A DNA stretch of 63,695 nucleotides, filler included, from Rhabdomonas costata (GCA_019059605.1; 53 parts of 53 records of this genome joined end to end with filler, not necessarily neighbours in it); one strand, 5' to 3'. Shown: positions 36,245 through 50,973, numbered from the whole stretch's first letter. The notes: a model not told the origin generated them from the sequence alone. Numbers and translations: made by a program.

Positions 36245-37209
36245 GATTTTCAAGACTTGATCACGAAGAGCCTGCCAAAGACTGCGCTTGCGTTCCACTA
36301 CGACTTTAACATGAGGCACCTGTCCAGCGTGTGCCAGGGTCTCCTCCGTGCCCGGAACTCCGCCATAAAAACGCCACTCCACTTCCTTCGGCTGTGGGTT
36401 TGCTATGCCGCTTTCGTGTCCTTTTAATTTACGTGTTCCCATTTTACTGGCAGCCATGAAGCTATAAATTGCCCCAATCGGGACTGCGATTTGTGTGTGT
36501 ATCCGTTTGTCTTTGTGTGTTTGGTTCACAACCCTAATGCTGGCAACAACCTCTCTCCCTTCGATGGTTTACTCGGTATCCTCAGGTTCACGAGCTTCAC
36601 CGCGTGTATGCTGACCGCCTGGTTGGCGAGCAGGACAGCAAGGCATTCCAGGAGCAGCTCCTTCAGGTGATTTTCAGAGGCGTTGGAAAATCCTGCATCG
36701 CCTGCTTCCTCTCGTCAGGTGATGGCCTCAAAATCTCTATGTAAATTTGTCAATGTGTGTCTCGGATAGCAAGCTTTTTTTTACGGTAGTTTTGACAATT
36801 TTGAGCGCTTTTTGGCTTTTGGATTTTTCATCAAATTTTTCATCAAAATGTCCTCCTTTCTTTCAGTTTCCTTGCTGCAACGCGTCGAAGGCTACCACAC
36901 AACGTGGTTTGGCATCGGAAGTAGCAAATCAACTGATATGGAGAGGACCGCATTACAAGTGTGTCCCAGAACCTCCTGCTGCTGCTGCCTTCTGCATTCA
37001 CAGGTTCTACAGCGGCACTTCGGCTCGGACCTGGAGATGGAGGAGATCCTGGCGCCCCCGCTGCTATTCTGCTCTTTCTGCGGGCCTTCCAACTCGGGCA
37101 GCTTCTCTGGGACCTCCCGCCCTTATACAGAGGTCTCCTCCATGGACGCCCTGAAGTCTTTGCTGCAGTTCGCCATTAAGGAATACAACGACCTCCACCC
37201 CCCACCCTG
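36245..37209 (+). CDS. Dynein heavy chain, probably axonemal, region after AAA3; exons 36245-36397, 36586-36666, 37004-37209
   Basis: FHYDFNMRHLSSVCQGL...LRLW|VHELHRVYADRL...LLFCSF...IKEYND. Confidence 0.9.
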
Positions 37210-40200
37210 NNNNNNNNNNNNNNNNNNNNNNNNNNNNNNNNNNNNNNNNNNNNTTAATTAATTAANNNNNNNNNNNNNNNNNNNNNNNNNNNNNNNNNNN
37301 NNNNNNNNNCCCAGTTGAGCTTAGCGGTGGTTAAAGTGGTAACTTTTCAGTTTAAGGGGGTTGCTGTACTGCGGGGTAGGACCATCTCACGTCGCGCCGG
37401 CGGTCCCAAATGTCCAAGCCCGATTCTCCGTCAAGAGACCCTCTGAGACATGACGATTCAATTCCCCCGGAATTTTTCTGGGGGGCTAGACAAATTTCAA
37501 GAACCCTGCTGAGCACGTTGAAACTTATTGAGCTTTCCCGGTGGGGGCCACTTACGGCTGGCGTCAGGGCGCCGACTTGATCGCTTCAAGCACCACAATT
37601 AGCCGATTTTTCATCCCTGTCTGGTTCACAACTTGCTGCCATGAAAAACGCGTATTTGAGTTGCTAGACCACATTTTACTTAAGTAATTTTGCTTGTGTT
37701 TTGATAAGGTTTACTCGTGTGATTGACCGCCAAGGAAGGAGCACTTATCTATCTGAGCTATCTATCTACGAGGGGGGGGGGGAAGGCAAAAACTAACTAG
37801 CCGTCGTGCTTGTTCCGACGCGCTGTCTATGAAACGATAACGCCGAGTTCATAAACACAGTATGCCCAGATTTGAACACTGCTACCTGCTACTTCCTAGC
37901 TAAATTATTTTATGATAAAAACCAATGGAAACAGCTCCTTTGGCATTGAAACGCGCTTGAATCCTGACTTTTCTTGGCACTCATGCTCACCATGCAAAGC
38001 GATCTGTTTAAACAAAGCATTGCCATCACATGGCCCCGAAATTCGGAAAGAAGTCTTTGCGATTGATCAAAAAACCTCGCGCCACGAATTCTTGGAATTC
38101 TGGTGTCCAAGGCGATGTTACACACGGCGCCTATCACAGGGAAAGCTTCAGAACCAAAAAACCAAAGAACCGAAACCATTTAACGCTCTGGGTGTGTGGA
38201 TATCTGCTTCAAAAGCAACGTGTTATGGGGAATAGGGGGGGGGGGCGCGATAAGCGTTCGAATGGTCAGGTTAGCAGGATTTGTTAAAAAGAGTGCAGGA
38301 AAAAAGTATGAGAATCTGTTGAATTACAACAAACTTATGTATCTTTTAACCGTGGCGCAGACCAGAGCCACATCGCATCTGCGCTACTGCTGCATTGACC
38401 TTCCACCACAAACNNNNNNNNNNNNNNNNNNNNNNNNNNNNNNNNNNNNNNNNNNNNTTAATTAATTAANNNNNNNNNNNNNNNNNNNNNNNNNNNNNNN
38501 NNNNNNNNNNNNNTGTTTTGTGTTTTGATTCAGCCACGGAGTCTGTCGATTGCGTCGGCGATGTAACCAAACAAAACCGAAGCGAAAATTTCAGAAATTC
38601 CCGATCCGGACTCCGCGGCTGAATCAAAACACAAAATGAAAGATGCGAGTGTGTGTGGTGAACTTGCTCAAACCTCAAAGGCCTGGAAGCGCTTCTCCAG
38701 TTTGCTTTGGAACACAGCTTGGCACTCGAAGTGAGATTCCATTACTTCACAAGAAATGTCAACGCAAGGCAAAATGAAATTGGTGAAAACCAGCTGCTTC
38801 GTAGGAATGTTGTGGGTGAGGTGTTTTGCATTGGAAAGGGGGCGCCCTTCGGTTGGCGGTGAGATTATACCTGGTGTAATATTACTCAGTAAAAAAAAAC
38901 AGGGAAACATCCCAAATCTCGAGACATAGCTAACACCGGCAAAGATCAACGATTTGGCCCTTCATTTTCTGCACATCATATCGAAACGTTTTTCTGTAAC
39001 TGTAAACGTTTTTCCAGAAAACGTTTTATCGTTGATCTGCGTTTTTTGTCTGTTCTTGTGTGCGTGTATGCGGAGGGAAGGGGACGAGAGATGGTGAGAG
39101 GGGAGAAAGGGTTGAAGGCATAATTATTGATTAAATTCCCGATGAGGAATTGTTCAACTTTGGTAGAGTCGTGGGCGCCCGTTCGATGTAATCTGCTTCG
39201 GTGCGGTATATGTCTCCGTCGTTAATAATGGGATGACAAATAATAAAGGAGCAATATTATCCTCTGAAGCACCCAAAACCGAACCGAACAAAAAAGCAAC
39301 ACGCGCAGTGGAGAAACCCTGTGCGCGCTCATCCTCAGCGAAAGGCACAGCAAGCAGACGAAGAAAGTACAAGCCGCGCAACCACCACCGGTCTGCGAGC
39401 TATAGATTTTACCACCCTAACATAGTTCTCAGAAAACACAACCAGACACATACACATACAGACGCCAGCTCATCTGAGACGACTCTGTGCATGCCCTCTC
39501 AAAGTACATACCCCCCGTCACCCCCCTTCCGGATTCTCTTGCGACCTCCTTCCCAAGGAGAGCAGAAGAGCATATTCGCAGACAAAAGGGAGTGCCCCCC
39601 TATCCCAAAAAAAACCCNNNNNNNNNNNNNNNNNNNNNNNNNNNNNNNNNNNNNNNNNNNNTTAATTAATTAANNNNNNNNNNNNNNNNNNNNNNNNNNN
39701 NNNNNNNNNNNNNNNNNTAAGTGTCCAGCTTTTTTGCCTTTGCAGGTCTGTCTGCTGTGTGTAATCTTTTTGTGTTGGGTTGATAAGGATACCTGTTGGC
39801 AGTCCCGAGGAGTATTTATGCACCGAGATGTCCGCAAGGACAAATTTTACAATTTCCCTTCTGTCTGGGCTGGGGCCGCTTTTGACGCCTATGTCTGGAC
39901 CTTTCAGTCCAAACTGTATGACAAGTTGCTCATTTCAGGAAAGCCCACCGGTGAGCCCATCAATACGCGTACCCTTCTCTGCTGGGTTCCTCACAACAGA
40001 CGCTTTTTCTTCCGCACGCCATGATCGGTGGGATGTTTGCATGGCTTTGCAGTTCCGCAGCAAAGCGGCCATCGCCGAAGGACGACTCCACATCAGCTGA
40101 GGAGACGCCCACTCAGAACTCCGAAATTGTCACCAAGATACTTCCACAAACACCAACTCCATCAATTCAGTAGTGGCAGGGACCCTTCAGGAGTCGCTTA

Positions 40201-42646
40201 CTTTGAGAGTTTTGGCCTCGGCGAGAGCGGAGTACAGCTCCGCGGTGAAGGTGTGGCGCTCACCTGGGGTGGAGCAGGTCAAGGGGAGGTCCGGGCCAAA
40301 GCGAAAGTGGGAAAGGCCATTCCTCTTTGCTAAGACGGCCAAAATAGTAAAACAGAACAGAGATGAGAGAGCAAGAAACGAAAAAGAATGCGCTGCCACT
40401 CCACGGATGACCTTTGACAGAGAGAGAGTGTGTGCGTGCGCGGGGGCGGGATGATGGTAGGGTTGTAGGCACCCATCTAGCATCTCCGTTCACCAGAGAG
40501 AGAGGGTAACTACCAGAACACTGGGGTTCAATTCGCACTCAAATACACAGTTGGAACGAAGAGCAGGGCAGCTCACACCAATCTGGCCAATGCCTCCCTA
40601 GCAACACCCGCAGGTCTGCGACTTCTGGTTGTAGAAAGACATGCTGTTGACCCCCCCCGGGTCGGAGTAGAAGCAGAAGCCGTAGAAGCAGAAGAACCTC
40701 ATTGATGGCCTCCCACCAGGCAGCCAAAAATGCCGACCCATGAATGCCGAATTCCAATAACCCCGACGCATAGAAAGGCCGATACACAGGATGCCAGAAT
40801 GCCCGAATGCAAAAACCCNNNNNNNNNNNNNNNNNNNNNNNNNNNNNNNNNNNNNNNNNNNNTTAATTAATTAANNNNNNNNNNNNNNNNNNNNNNNNNN
40901 NNNNNNNNNNNNNNNNNNTTTGTGGTTACGTTAGTATGGTTCTAAAGATGGTTTGTGTGCTTGAGATGATCGCGTCGTGGGTGTCAGGGTTTTGGTCTAA
41001 TTGGGTTTTGTGTCATGTTTTGCGTGTGTTGCCTTCTTGTGTGCTGTGGTTCCGTTGTTGTGTTGGGTGCCGGTGCTTGGCTGTCCCTGGGGTGGTGGTT
41101 CCCGGTGTGATGCTCAGTGTGGCAATCCTACTTGATAAGGCGTAGGACACGCTTCCGAAACCTTGGGTTGTGGTGGGTGTGTCAGATGGGGGTTCGGCGG
41201 ATGAAGTGGTATGGTGGGATTTGCGTTCCTTGTGGTCAGTGCTGTTCATTGCCTTCCTTGCCTCCCTTCTCCTTTTCCTCGTTTACACAGGCGGTGTCGG
41301 TGTCGGTATCCTGTTGTGCGTGCCTTCTTCCTTTCCTTCCTATCCGGCTTCGTACTCTCAAGTTAGTGTCCCGGTATCGTATTGTAGTGTATTGGCCTTT
41401 ATTACGTGTGTGTGCGGGTGCGTTCTTCTTATAGGATAGTATGGGTTAGGGTTAGTTTATGCCGTAGGTTATGCGGTAGTTTTAGGTAGTTTGTCGGAGT
41501 AGGGGATGGTGTTGGAGTCTGTGGCGCGGGAGTCTGTGTCAACCATACCGTATCTGTCGGCCATGCCGTCTTCATCAACCACGCCGTGTCTTTCAACCAT
41601 GCTCGCAGTTGCTGCTTCTGACGCATGTTGCTGACCCGGGGATGTCGCCACGCGCCACCCTCCACAACGTACCCTCTAGGGCGGCAAATTCGGGGGCAAA
41701 TTCCAAGTGACGTTTCTCCACCTATTCCGGGCCCACACAGCGATGCCAAAATACGCGTTTACAGCCAGGTCCATGGCCGGCCCCTCCTGTTTCTTTTCTC
41801 GGTGGGATAGTCCTCCCACCCACCTCTGCCACTTGGGCGGCCCTGGCCAGCCAGTTGCGGGGCAATTCTCGCCCGGATATTCCTGACCTGTGCGCTTTGG
41901 AGGATCGGCCCGATGGGCTGGATGGGGCGGTGGCGGTCCATCTCTCGATCGACCCGGGCCTCCAAACCCCCTGCTTTTGGACCTCTGTCAGATTCCCAAA
42001 AACCCCAAACTCATCTAACATANNNNNNNNNNNNNNNNNNNNNNNNNNNNNNNNNNNNNNNNNNNNTTAATTAATTAANNNNNNNNNNNNNNNNNNNNNN
42101 NNNNNNNNNNNNNNNNNNNNNNTGTTTTGGGGACTTGTAAGAAAAATGCAAAAGAGTATGGATTTTGTGAAACCAACGTTGCAAGGTCAGATTTTCTGAT
42201 TGGGCTGGAGATAAATGTTGGGGTCACGGTTAGTGTACTTCAGGTTCGAGCTGAGGCTTTTTGAGTCTTTTTTTCACTTTTGAGTTTTCATATTCTGACC
42301 AGGCGTCCCTCTGTTCTGTAGATGTCAGGAAGGAGGGATTCATGTTTGCCGTTGTTTTGCATTGATTTCTGCATTTTTCGTTGCTGACTTTTGTCTTGAG
42401 AACCAACCCTCGTTTTCTCGCTTTGCGATTGTTCGGAGAGGGTGTCTCACCTCTGGTAAATGGACGATTCCAATCTGCAGAGAGCAAACAGGCCGTAGCT
42501 GTTAAAATTGTGGGATGAGGTTAGCATGCTTTGTGCGTTAGTGTTTATTGTCCTTTTGTATGTCCCTTTCTCTCAATTTCGGACAGGCTCTTGTTTCATT
42601 GACAGTTCCGTTCTGATTCAAATTAACACGCTTTCTTTCTGTACAG

Positions 42647-43226
42647 CTCCCCCGACCTGCTCGGCGTACGGCTACGTGTGCCCGGCGGGCTACTCCGCCA
42701 CCGCGCCGAACCCCCAGGGCCTCCCTCCGTCGTGCACCTCAGTGTATTCCTGCACCCTCAACGACTGCTGCACCGGTTCCTCCCCCCCATCTCTCTCTGT
42801 GCCGTATCAGTGCAATAATGCGCTCCCGTTGCGGTTGTTTTGAAATACGAGAGCGTCCGCCCTTGGCTTCCTTTCTAACCCCACAAATAATGAGCCTGAA
42901 ATCCATGGAAATGTGACAACTTTCTACCTCTACCCTCCACCGACCTAACTGTCATTCTCAAAATCCATCCCGACTGGCCGCAGTTGGTTTCATTGAAACG
43001 GTCTGCCGGGGGTTCTTTCACTCCCTGCCTGGCCTGTTAAGCCGGCAAGGCGTCATCCCGTAGTTTAACTAAAAGGACCTCTTTGCATATTTTTATGTTA
43101 CCAGTTCCGTGCTTTTTCCGCACACATATCTCCCATCGCACCCCTCCTCCCTCTCCTTTCTCAGCTAACCCCACCTGTGTGAGTTTCGACAGCTCACAGT
43201 GCGGGCCAGGGACGACCCCCAAAAAC
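42647..43226 (+). CDS. Cys-rich modular protein; exons 42647-42775 and 43165 to the contig end
   Basis: Phase-1 exons PPTCSAYGYVCPAGY...CTSVYSCTLNDCCT and NPTCVSFDSSQCGPG with GT-AG boundaries. Confidence 0.75.
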
Positions 43227-43949
43227 NNNNNNNNNNNNNNNNNNNNNNNNNNNNNNNNNNNNNNNNNNNNTTAATTAATTAANNNNNNNNNNNNNNNNNN
43301 NNNNNNNNNNNNNNNNNNNNNNNNNNGTTTGTGGGGGCCAATTTACAGAATATTTATCATAGCACACAAAGAAGTCTCATACCTATTCTGTAAATTGGCC
43401 ACCACAGACGCGTTTACACCTCCCAAGTAACGCTTCTCGGCAGTGGTATTGGGAGTCTGTTACATTTCAACTCTGGACTCGCAGCAGATTTGAACAACCA
43501 ACTCTTCATATGCACGCACGCACACAAATATATGAAAGTATGGATGAAATGGATGTGCCACGTCAATCACAGTTTCAGTGTCGTAGAGCAACTTTCTTGA
43601 TTGATCAAGTACCTTGAGGAGAGAGACGTTATTGATGTCGTAAAGCTGAAAACGTTTATACAGCAATGTAGACTTACGAGTGATTTCAGAATTGCGGAGC
43701 ATCAAAGACGTCAACTTCAGTAACTGTTGACTGCGAATGTCAATGTGGTCAATTAGATAGTTCAGTCTCAGTGGTGCTGAGCGAGAACAATTGGATTTAC
43801 CAAACCCTTGACCACATATGCGAGCCAGTTTCTTCAGAGTTCATCAGACATATTTGTAGAATCTTGCGGATCAATTACGATAGTGATAACAGCACGGTGT
43901 CCAGTCCCATTCATTTACTTCCAAAATTACAAAAATCAGAAATTCAAAT

Positions 43950-44400
43950 GCCCAGTTTCAGTAATCAAACAAGCCAGCGTGACTGATGCATTATGTTCAC
44001 ATTTAATGGCAGTTACGTGTCGAGATCAGCAGCGAAATTTTGTATACCTCTTTAATCTACCCAACAACAGCACGTGCTTTGTCTAATGCCGTGGTTCTTA
44101 TGCAAATAGCTTAGCGCAGAGTTATCAGTGCTAAATCCTACATCTGAATTCAAAATAAATGCCTCGATTCTTCTAACATGTCAGCTAGAGCTAGCATCTT
44201 CTTCCAATGTACTGGGTAGTTTCTGTGTAATAGACAGATTTCTGCAACTAAACGTCTCCAAATGCATCTTACAATATTCCCGTGAAAGAGCGGCTACAAT
44301 AATAACATCTGAATCATCCTCTTGAAGCAATATTTTTAAAATCTGAAACCACAAATACTGTATATTTTAACAGTCTGAATTTCAGCATCCGGAACTCCGT
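43950..44400 (-). mobile_element. Decayed Ty3/Gypsy-type pol remnant (RNase H region)
   Basis: AT-rich contig; interrupted frames give ILLQEDD..IVAALSR..LSITQKLPSTLEE..FSTDNSALSYL..IKCEHNA, in the order of Gypsy RNase H motifs; many stops. Confidence 0.5.
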
Positions 44401-44530
44401 CTCCTGCTCTTCACACCAAAAACCAAACACNNNNNNNNNNNNNNNNNNNNNNNNNNNNNNNNNNNNNNNNNNNNTTAATTAATTAANNNNNNNNNNNNNN
44501 NNNNNNNNNNNNNNNNNNNNNNNNNNNNNN

Positions 44531-45123
44531 GTGGGTGGCGTCGTCGTGGGTGACGTTTGGGAACTTGGGCAGCGACGCGATGAAAATGTTTGTTGTGGTG
44601 GGGGATGCCGTGGGGCAGGCCGTGGTGCTGCAGCGGGTGGGGTGCAAAGTGGCGCAGGTTGGGGTGCTGCTGACGAAGCCGGTGGCTCGTCAGGTCTGTT
44701 TTTGTCCATTCGTTCGTTTGAGTGGATCGGTTGATTAGGTGTTTTTTGAATGGAGGGGGGGGATTTGTGGTTTCGTGGGATGGCACGGGTAGGGAGGCAT
44801 TGATTCCATAAAGCTGCGTGCAGGTTTTCTTCACGCCATTGTGCACGAATTTTGTGGCTGCACCTCAAGTACCACTACCGTTGAATGAAGATTCCTGAAT
44901 GCAGATACACTAACTTAAACTTCCGGTTTGGGAGATTCGATTTTGGTCAACCCCTCTGGCTGTCTCTCTCTCTCGCTCTCTCTTGCTTTTGCTGGCTTTG
45001 TCAGGTGGACTGTATGATTAAGTGCGCCCCTGCAGTTCTTCTGCGACTGCCTCCCTCGGGGCTGGTTGTCGCCTACCACCCCCTTCGGGAGTATGCCGCC
45101 CCGGGCGAGGGGGACAGAGAATG
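44531..45123 (+). CDS. Class III nucleotide cyclase-like domain; exons 44531-44693 and 45005-45123
   Basis: TFGNLGSDAMKMFVVVGDAVGQAVVLQR resembles the GNxG...VVGDxVNxAxRL motif; GT-AG intron. Confidence 0.65.
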
Positions 45124-45383
45124 GTACCACTCCTCACCGCCTCTATTTCTCGTTCCCCTTCCTTTCTTTCAGCCGTGCAGCTCACGCTTCGCCATCCTTC
45201 GAGTGCCACCCTATGTGATCTGTAGCGGCTGCATTCTGCATTCTGTCTGAGCCAGCCGCCAACTCCCCTTGTGAACCCCAAATCCCAGATCCCAGCAGAA
45301 TTCAGCTCAGAAAGCGTGCCTGCGTGCCGGCATAGCCGGCAACTATTTTCTCGAGTGATCTACAGCTCACCGGACAGCTGTTT

Positions 45384-45418
45384 CTCTGCTCTGCTCTGCT
45401 CTGCTCTGCTCTGCTCTG
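45384..45418. repeat. (CTCTG)7 microsatellite
   Basis: Directly visible. Confidence 0.9.
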
Positions 45419-48400
45419 TTCTGCTGCAGCTGGGGGTGGGGTTCCGAAAGCCCCCAACCAGCCATCTCTTCTTCAGCCAGCCTCTCCGCTCACCAGTGGA
45501 TGGGTGCCATTTTCAATTGCCACAGGCTCCCTAGTTTTTTTTGTGTTTTATGGTGGTGGACTCATTTGCGTTTGTGCGTAAGTTGCGTCTAAGCTTCCGG
45601 GCTTCCCTAGTCCGCTTCTTTCCACACCACCCCCNNNNNNNNNNNNNNNNNNNNNNNNNNNNNNNNNNNNNNNNNNNNTTAATTAATTAANNNNNNNNNN
45701 NNNNNNNNNNNNNNNNNNNNNNNNNNNNNNNNNNTGTGGTTTGTTTTGGTGTTTATTCTAAACTTGCAACTTCTGGTTTTGCCGTTAATGCTGGTGAAGC
45801 AGAGGACGGTTGGCCTTTTGAGCATTCTCACTGCAATGTCGCTGACAGTTTTGATTCGGCATACAGCAATTGAAAATCCCCGGTTACTTTCTGGTGGCAC
45901 CTCGGGTCTCTCCTTTTGGGGTGAGATGCGCAGTTAGGAAAATGAAATTCCGTTTGGGCTCATGCGGAGATTTTATGAGCCTTGGAAAACATTCAAATGG
46001 CTGAAAGGTGTGGCCCCAATTGTGAAACACCCGCTGTTCTGCGTTTTCAGTCACTGTCCAGCTGTCTTCGGGCGTTCAAGCGTTCCGGCAACTTTTGCAG
46101 TTGGTCTTGAAGGCTTCAAAGGGTGAGGGTGAGGATTGGGTTAGGAACTGAGAGCTTTGCTGCAGGGCCCCGCTTTCCCCTTCTTCGCGTTCTTTCGTTC
46201 GCCATCGCTGCCGGGTGCCTTTTTGCGACAGTTCAGTTTTCAGCCATGCTGTTCGTTTTGTTTTTCAGGTGATTTTTCTGCAAAACAACTGAGGTGCCAG
46301 AAGATAGCCTCTTCTAAGTCACTACCGTTTGTTCTGCATCTCTGCCATGGGCTCTGCACTGGGGTAATTTTGATTCGTCGCCTTGGAAATACAACAGTCT
46401 GCAACCCGGAGCGTCGCATTTCGTATGACACGGCAACGGAAGAATGGATAAAGACAGTTGTTGGTGTGTGCGTTTCTCCTTTTTCCCTCCCAGAATTTTA
46501 TGAGTGGGCGAATTGGTGAAGTGCGTTCTATCCGATGATCTCAGGACTGCAAGGGCACGGAAAAAGGCCGAAGTTCATAGTTCATAACACAGTCACATTA
46601 CGGAACGTGCCACACAAAAAGCGAAATGGTGCATCAAGTCCAACATTCAGGTGGATAAAGTGTTTTAAACACGAAATCGTTTAATTCATCAGAACCGTGG
46701 GTGCATCGCCTTCTGTTTAATCCGACTTCAGCACCGTGGACCGCGAACGGCAGTGGAGGTGCCCAAGACATTCCGGAGAAAACGTTCACATTTCTGTCAA
46801 AACCTGCAAAACCTTATATTGGAAGCCCAGAACCCAAANNNNNNNNNNNNNNNNNNNNNNNNNNNNNNNNNNNNNNNNNNNNTTAATTAATTAANNNNNN
46901 NNNNNNNNNNNNNNNNNNNNNNNNNNNNNNNNNNNNNNGGGGGGTGGGGCCGCCATGAAGCCTGCAGAGCACAGAGGTAAGCCTGGCTCCCGATGTACTT
47001 CCAATGATTGCCGGAGGAGGGTTTCGGCTGCCTCTTCTGGTCTTTTGGAGGGCTCTAGCTGTCTTCTAAAGAATTCCTTCTTCTCGCTTACTTCTGGGCG
47101 CCAAAAACTGCGTGGCAAGATGCGCACTGTGAGCACCCAGGGCATTGATGGTGCTTGGGGACGACTAAAAGTGTGGTTGGCGGCCAAAGGTAGTGCAAAT
47201 ACTGTCCACGTTCTGGGGTACGTGAAGGAGTTCCAGTGGCGTAACAATAGGGCAACGCTGACCTTTTTGTGAAGCTGTGTGAACATGTTTGTGACGGTTA
47301 TTAGACTGACTTCGTATTCGTCTTGCAGGGGGGCTAGGGAGTCATACCTACTACCCATAGGAGCCTTCAGGATGCGTTTAATGGGGTTAGGAAGCCTTCT
47401 TAGGAGGCGGGTTAACCTACCCTTTTTTCTGGGTACACTGCCGAAGTAATGCCATATATAACTAAGGGCAGCGACACACCCACACACAGGAACACAGGAA
47501 CACAGTTGACCCATTTGAACCTCTCCTCAGACTCTATCTCCCATCCTCTTCCGCGGGCTGATCATATGGTCCCGCGATGTTATCTGACATTTTCGCACTT
47601 ACAGGGGCAGTCCACCGATGCCAGCCACAACTTCTGAGGAAATAATTCGGGAAACGACAGCAAAGTACACGATGTGGGAGCTGCCATTGTTTTGTTGCTT
47701 TGAGTTCTGTGTTTGGTGTTTAGAGGGGTCGGCAGCTCCCGATGGAACACGAACAGTAAAAGATGTCCAACAACATAGAGAGTTCCTGTTTTTTTGTTTC
47801 CACTTCTCAAAGGCGCGAATCGTTGTGAAAATTGCAGCCATGTGTAATGTTTCCTCTCAGGACAACCACGGCGCAGCCCGGTCTGGGGCGCAGAGTTCCC
47901 ACCCCAGAGGCTGCGCTACGATTGGGCGGGGTGCTGGTGGAGGAGAGCGAGGACCGCCCGCACTATAGCGCGTGCTATGTCCACCGACAGCGCACGCGGA
48001 GCTACCACGAGAACATCGAAAGAACCAAACACACCAAACCCCNNNNNNNNNNNNNNNNNNNNNNNNNNNNNNNNNNNNNNNNNNNNTTAATTAATTAANN
48101 NNNNNNNNNNNNNNNNNNNNNNNNNNNNNNNNNNNNNNNNNNCTCTGATCTTTCCCTCTCATTTGGTGGGCTTAAAGCGGAGCGTTCGAAGGCCTATTCG
48201 ACTTAGCCCCGTTTCCAAGGGCACATCTTGGACCTTTGTAGTTCTTCAGGAACACATTCGTCACAGGAATGGGGCCGGAAAGTTTGGTTTGAAGCATTAA
48301 GAAGATTGTCGGGACTTTTTGAGTGTTGCTGACTAAGCGAGGCGGCGCATTCCCAGTGCGCTGATGGGGGGGGGCGTGTGCTTTTCAGTTCGCTCGGCCT

Positions 48401-50973
48401 CCCCCTCGATGGTGATGATGGGCTCCTCCTCCCGATCGACCTCCCCTTCCCTCGTCATGGGATCCTCCATGGAAGGTGTTCGATTGTTTGTGGTAGTGGT
48501 TTGTGGTTTTATGTGCGTGCTATTGATTGTTATGTAACTCATAAAATAGAATGCCGGTGGGCCCTACTGATACCTCAAGAGCAGCAGCACCTGTGGAGGT
48601 GCTGCCTGAACATGTCGGGCACACCACAACCGAGAACACCCGCCCGCCCGAAGCTCTCCACGGCTGAGACCTGCAGTCCAGCTGGAACCCCAGGCCGTGG
48701 GCTTTTTTCACCTACCTGAGCTGGCCTCAACCATCTGGAGTGTCACATGGCATTCAGCGTTCAGCTTAGCTGTGGCTTTGTTGCGCACAGCACCGTGCCT
48801 GCCGAGCCCCACCCTGCGCACCGTGGCCCCGGTGCCCAGCCCTTGCGTGCCGTGCGTGCCCACGCCGCCTCCGTGCGTGCCTTCGGTTACCGTGCCCAAC
48901 ATCGGTGTGCGATTTTGTGGTTGTGGGGTGTAGGTGGCGATCATCCGCAAGCCATCAAGCGTCCCTCACGCTAACAAAATAGCTGAGTAGCTGCTATATG
49001 CATTTCCTTTGCTTGCTTTTTGCTGCATGCCATGTGGTCGTCGTTGCTTTATATATCCCTCTCTGGTTTCCCCTTCACGCAGCGCCTTCTATGCAATTTC
49101 TTTAGGTCAACGGATTCCTTCAGGCGGGTACGTCCCATCTCCTTGCCGTTATTTGGGGTCATAATTGATCTGTTTGGTCTGGTTTTCCCGTTGTGCTTCT
49201 CACCCATCGCATCATGTTGTTCAGCAGTCACCTGCTCCCCCACCACNNNNNNNNNNNNNNNNNNNNNNNNNNNNNNNNNNNNNNNNNNNNTTAATTAATT
49301 AANNNNNNNNNNNNNNNNNNNNNNNNNNNNNNNNNNNNNNNNNNNNGGGGGGGTGGGGTTAACCAGTGGGTTAGCTATTGATCACAACCTCCTGACGATA
49401 AAGGACACACGTAGCTCATGAGGTAGTACTCGATAATCCAGTTGCCGAGGAAGTATGCCACGGCGCACGTAGTTGTACCTCACACTCAGCTACGGCTGGT
49501 AACACCATCGTCCAAGCGCACTGGATGCAGTGACAGGAGAGTCCACACAACACAGTATGGTTAGGCGTAGGATATACGGTGAACACACACACGTATATGC
49601 CGTAGTGGTAGTGCTGGATGTATACGCCATGCACGCAGCTATGGGTCAACATATGCAGTGGGTGTCAGTAACCCAGCTCCTAACGCTAAGCCTGAGTGTG
49701 CGATGGAGGTGAGCTTGGTAGGTAGGTATATCTTCTAAGACTCCAGTGGTGATGCTGCTACCTCTACGTGGAGTCACATCCTTGCGTAGAGTAACCTAGC
49801 AGTGGAAGTGCCAACATACCCGTAGTGGGAATCGGCATAGTTGTAGTGAGTGTAACCCTACGCATCAAGTGTGTGGTGAGAGTCGCTACCTCTACGCTCA
49901 ACCCACCACAGTGGTTATGTCAGCCTGTCAGGGTCGGTATTTAGCATGCAGGCTGCGCACTACACCTTACCACCTCAGGATCACCACACCGATGTAATAC
50001 CTGCTGCTGTTGGAGGATGTGTGTAGTGACTCTACCCGAACCACCACCATGCCAAGGTGAGAGCTAAGGCATCGGCTGTGTGCAAGGGGAAGGGTAACCC
50101 AGTACTGTATGTCTACGCGTAGCAGTGGCTGATTTGGCATAGGCTAAAGATCCCACAGTGGGTAAAGCTGCGAAGTGGAGGGCGCCGAGCCCGACATGCC
50201 AGATCCTTTACACATCCTGGGTTCGTGATGCCTCGTCAGTCCAACTCGACATCCCTCACTCCAACCCAAACCAGTGCATAAGAAGTGCGTGGATGTTGAA
50301 GGGTTGACAGAGTGACGTATGATGCTGATGCTGCCTCCGGCGGTAGAAGTGAGAGGATGTCACACCTTATGCATGAAAACCACCAGTGACGAGTGATGCT
50401 GGTGGTTTTCATGCATAAGGTGTGGCATCCTCTCACTTCTACCACCACAANNNNNNNNNNNNNNNNNNNNNNNNNNNNNNNNNNNNNNNNNNNNTTAATT
50501 AATTAANNNNNNNNNNNNNNNNNNNNNNNNNNNNNNNNNNNNNNNNNNNNCGACTACTTCGCGCAAAAAAAAAAAAGAAGCTCAGAAAAAGTCTACACAC
50601 ACAAAGACACACACACACGGACATTTTCCCGTTTTCTCGTATCTTAACCCTACACTACGTTTCCTTACGGGAAAAAATGTCCTTTTTGTTCGAAAATGAC
50701 TGTCCTCGGTCTCGCTGCTCCCCTTCTCTCTCGTCTTGTCTTTCGCGCACAAATATGCAAAAATATAGACCGCCCCAGTCACCAAAACCAAAAGCTGACT
50801 CTCTAGAGCAAGAAACCAAGCAACTATGAAACAGAAGAACTGCGAAGACGTCAACAGATATAACCCAAAAAAAAGAAAGGGGCATAACCTTTACTCCCAT
50901 GCCCTTAGTTCCGCAGCTTGCGAAGCAGTTGATTTTGGGGCTCAGGGTGACGTCATTTTAACGGAGCCACGGA

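Noticed and set aside
37310..37400. tRNA- or SINE-like A-box (GCTTAGCGGTGGTTAAAG)
   Set aside because: No B-box (GTTCRA) and no cloverleaf.
46396..46463. Alpha-kinase-like RISYDTATEEWIKTVV exon
   Set aside because: Too short, with no catalytic motifs present.
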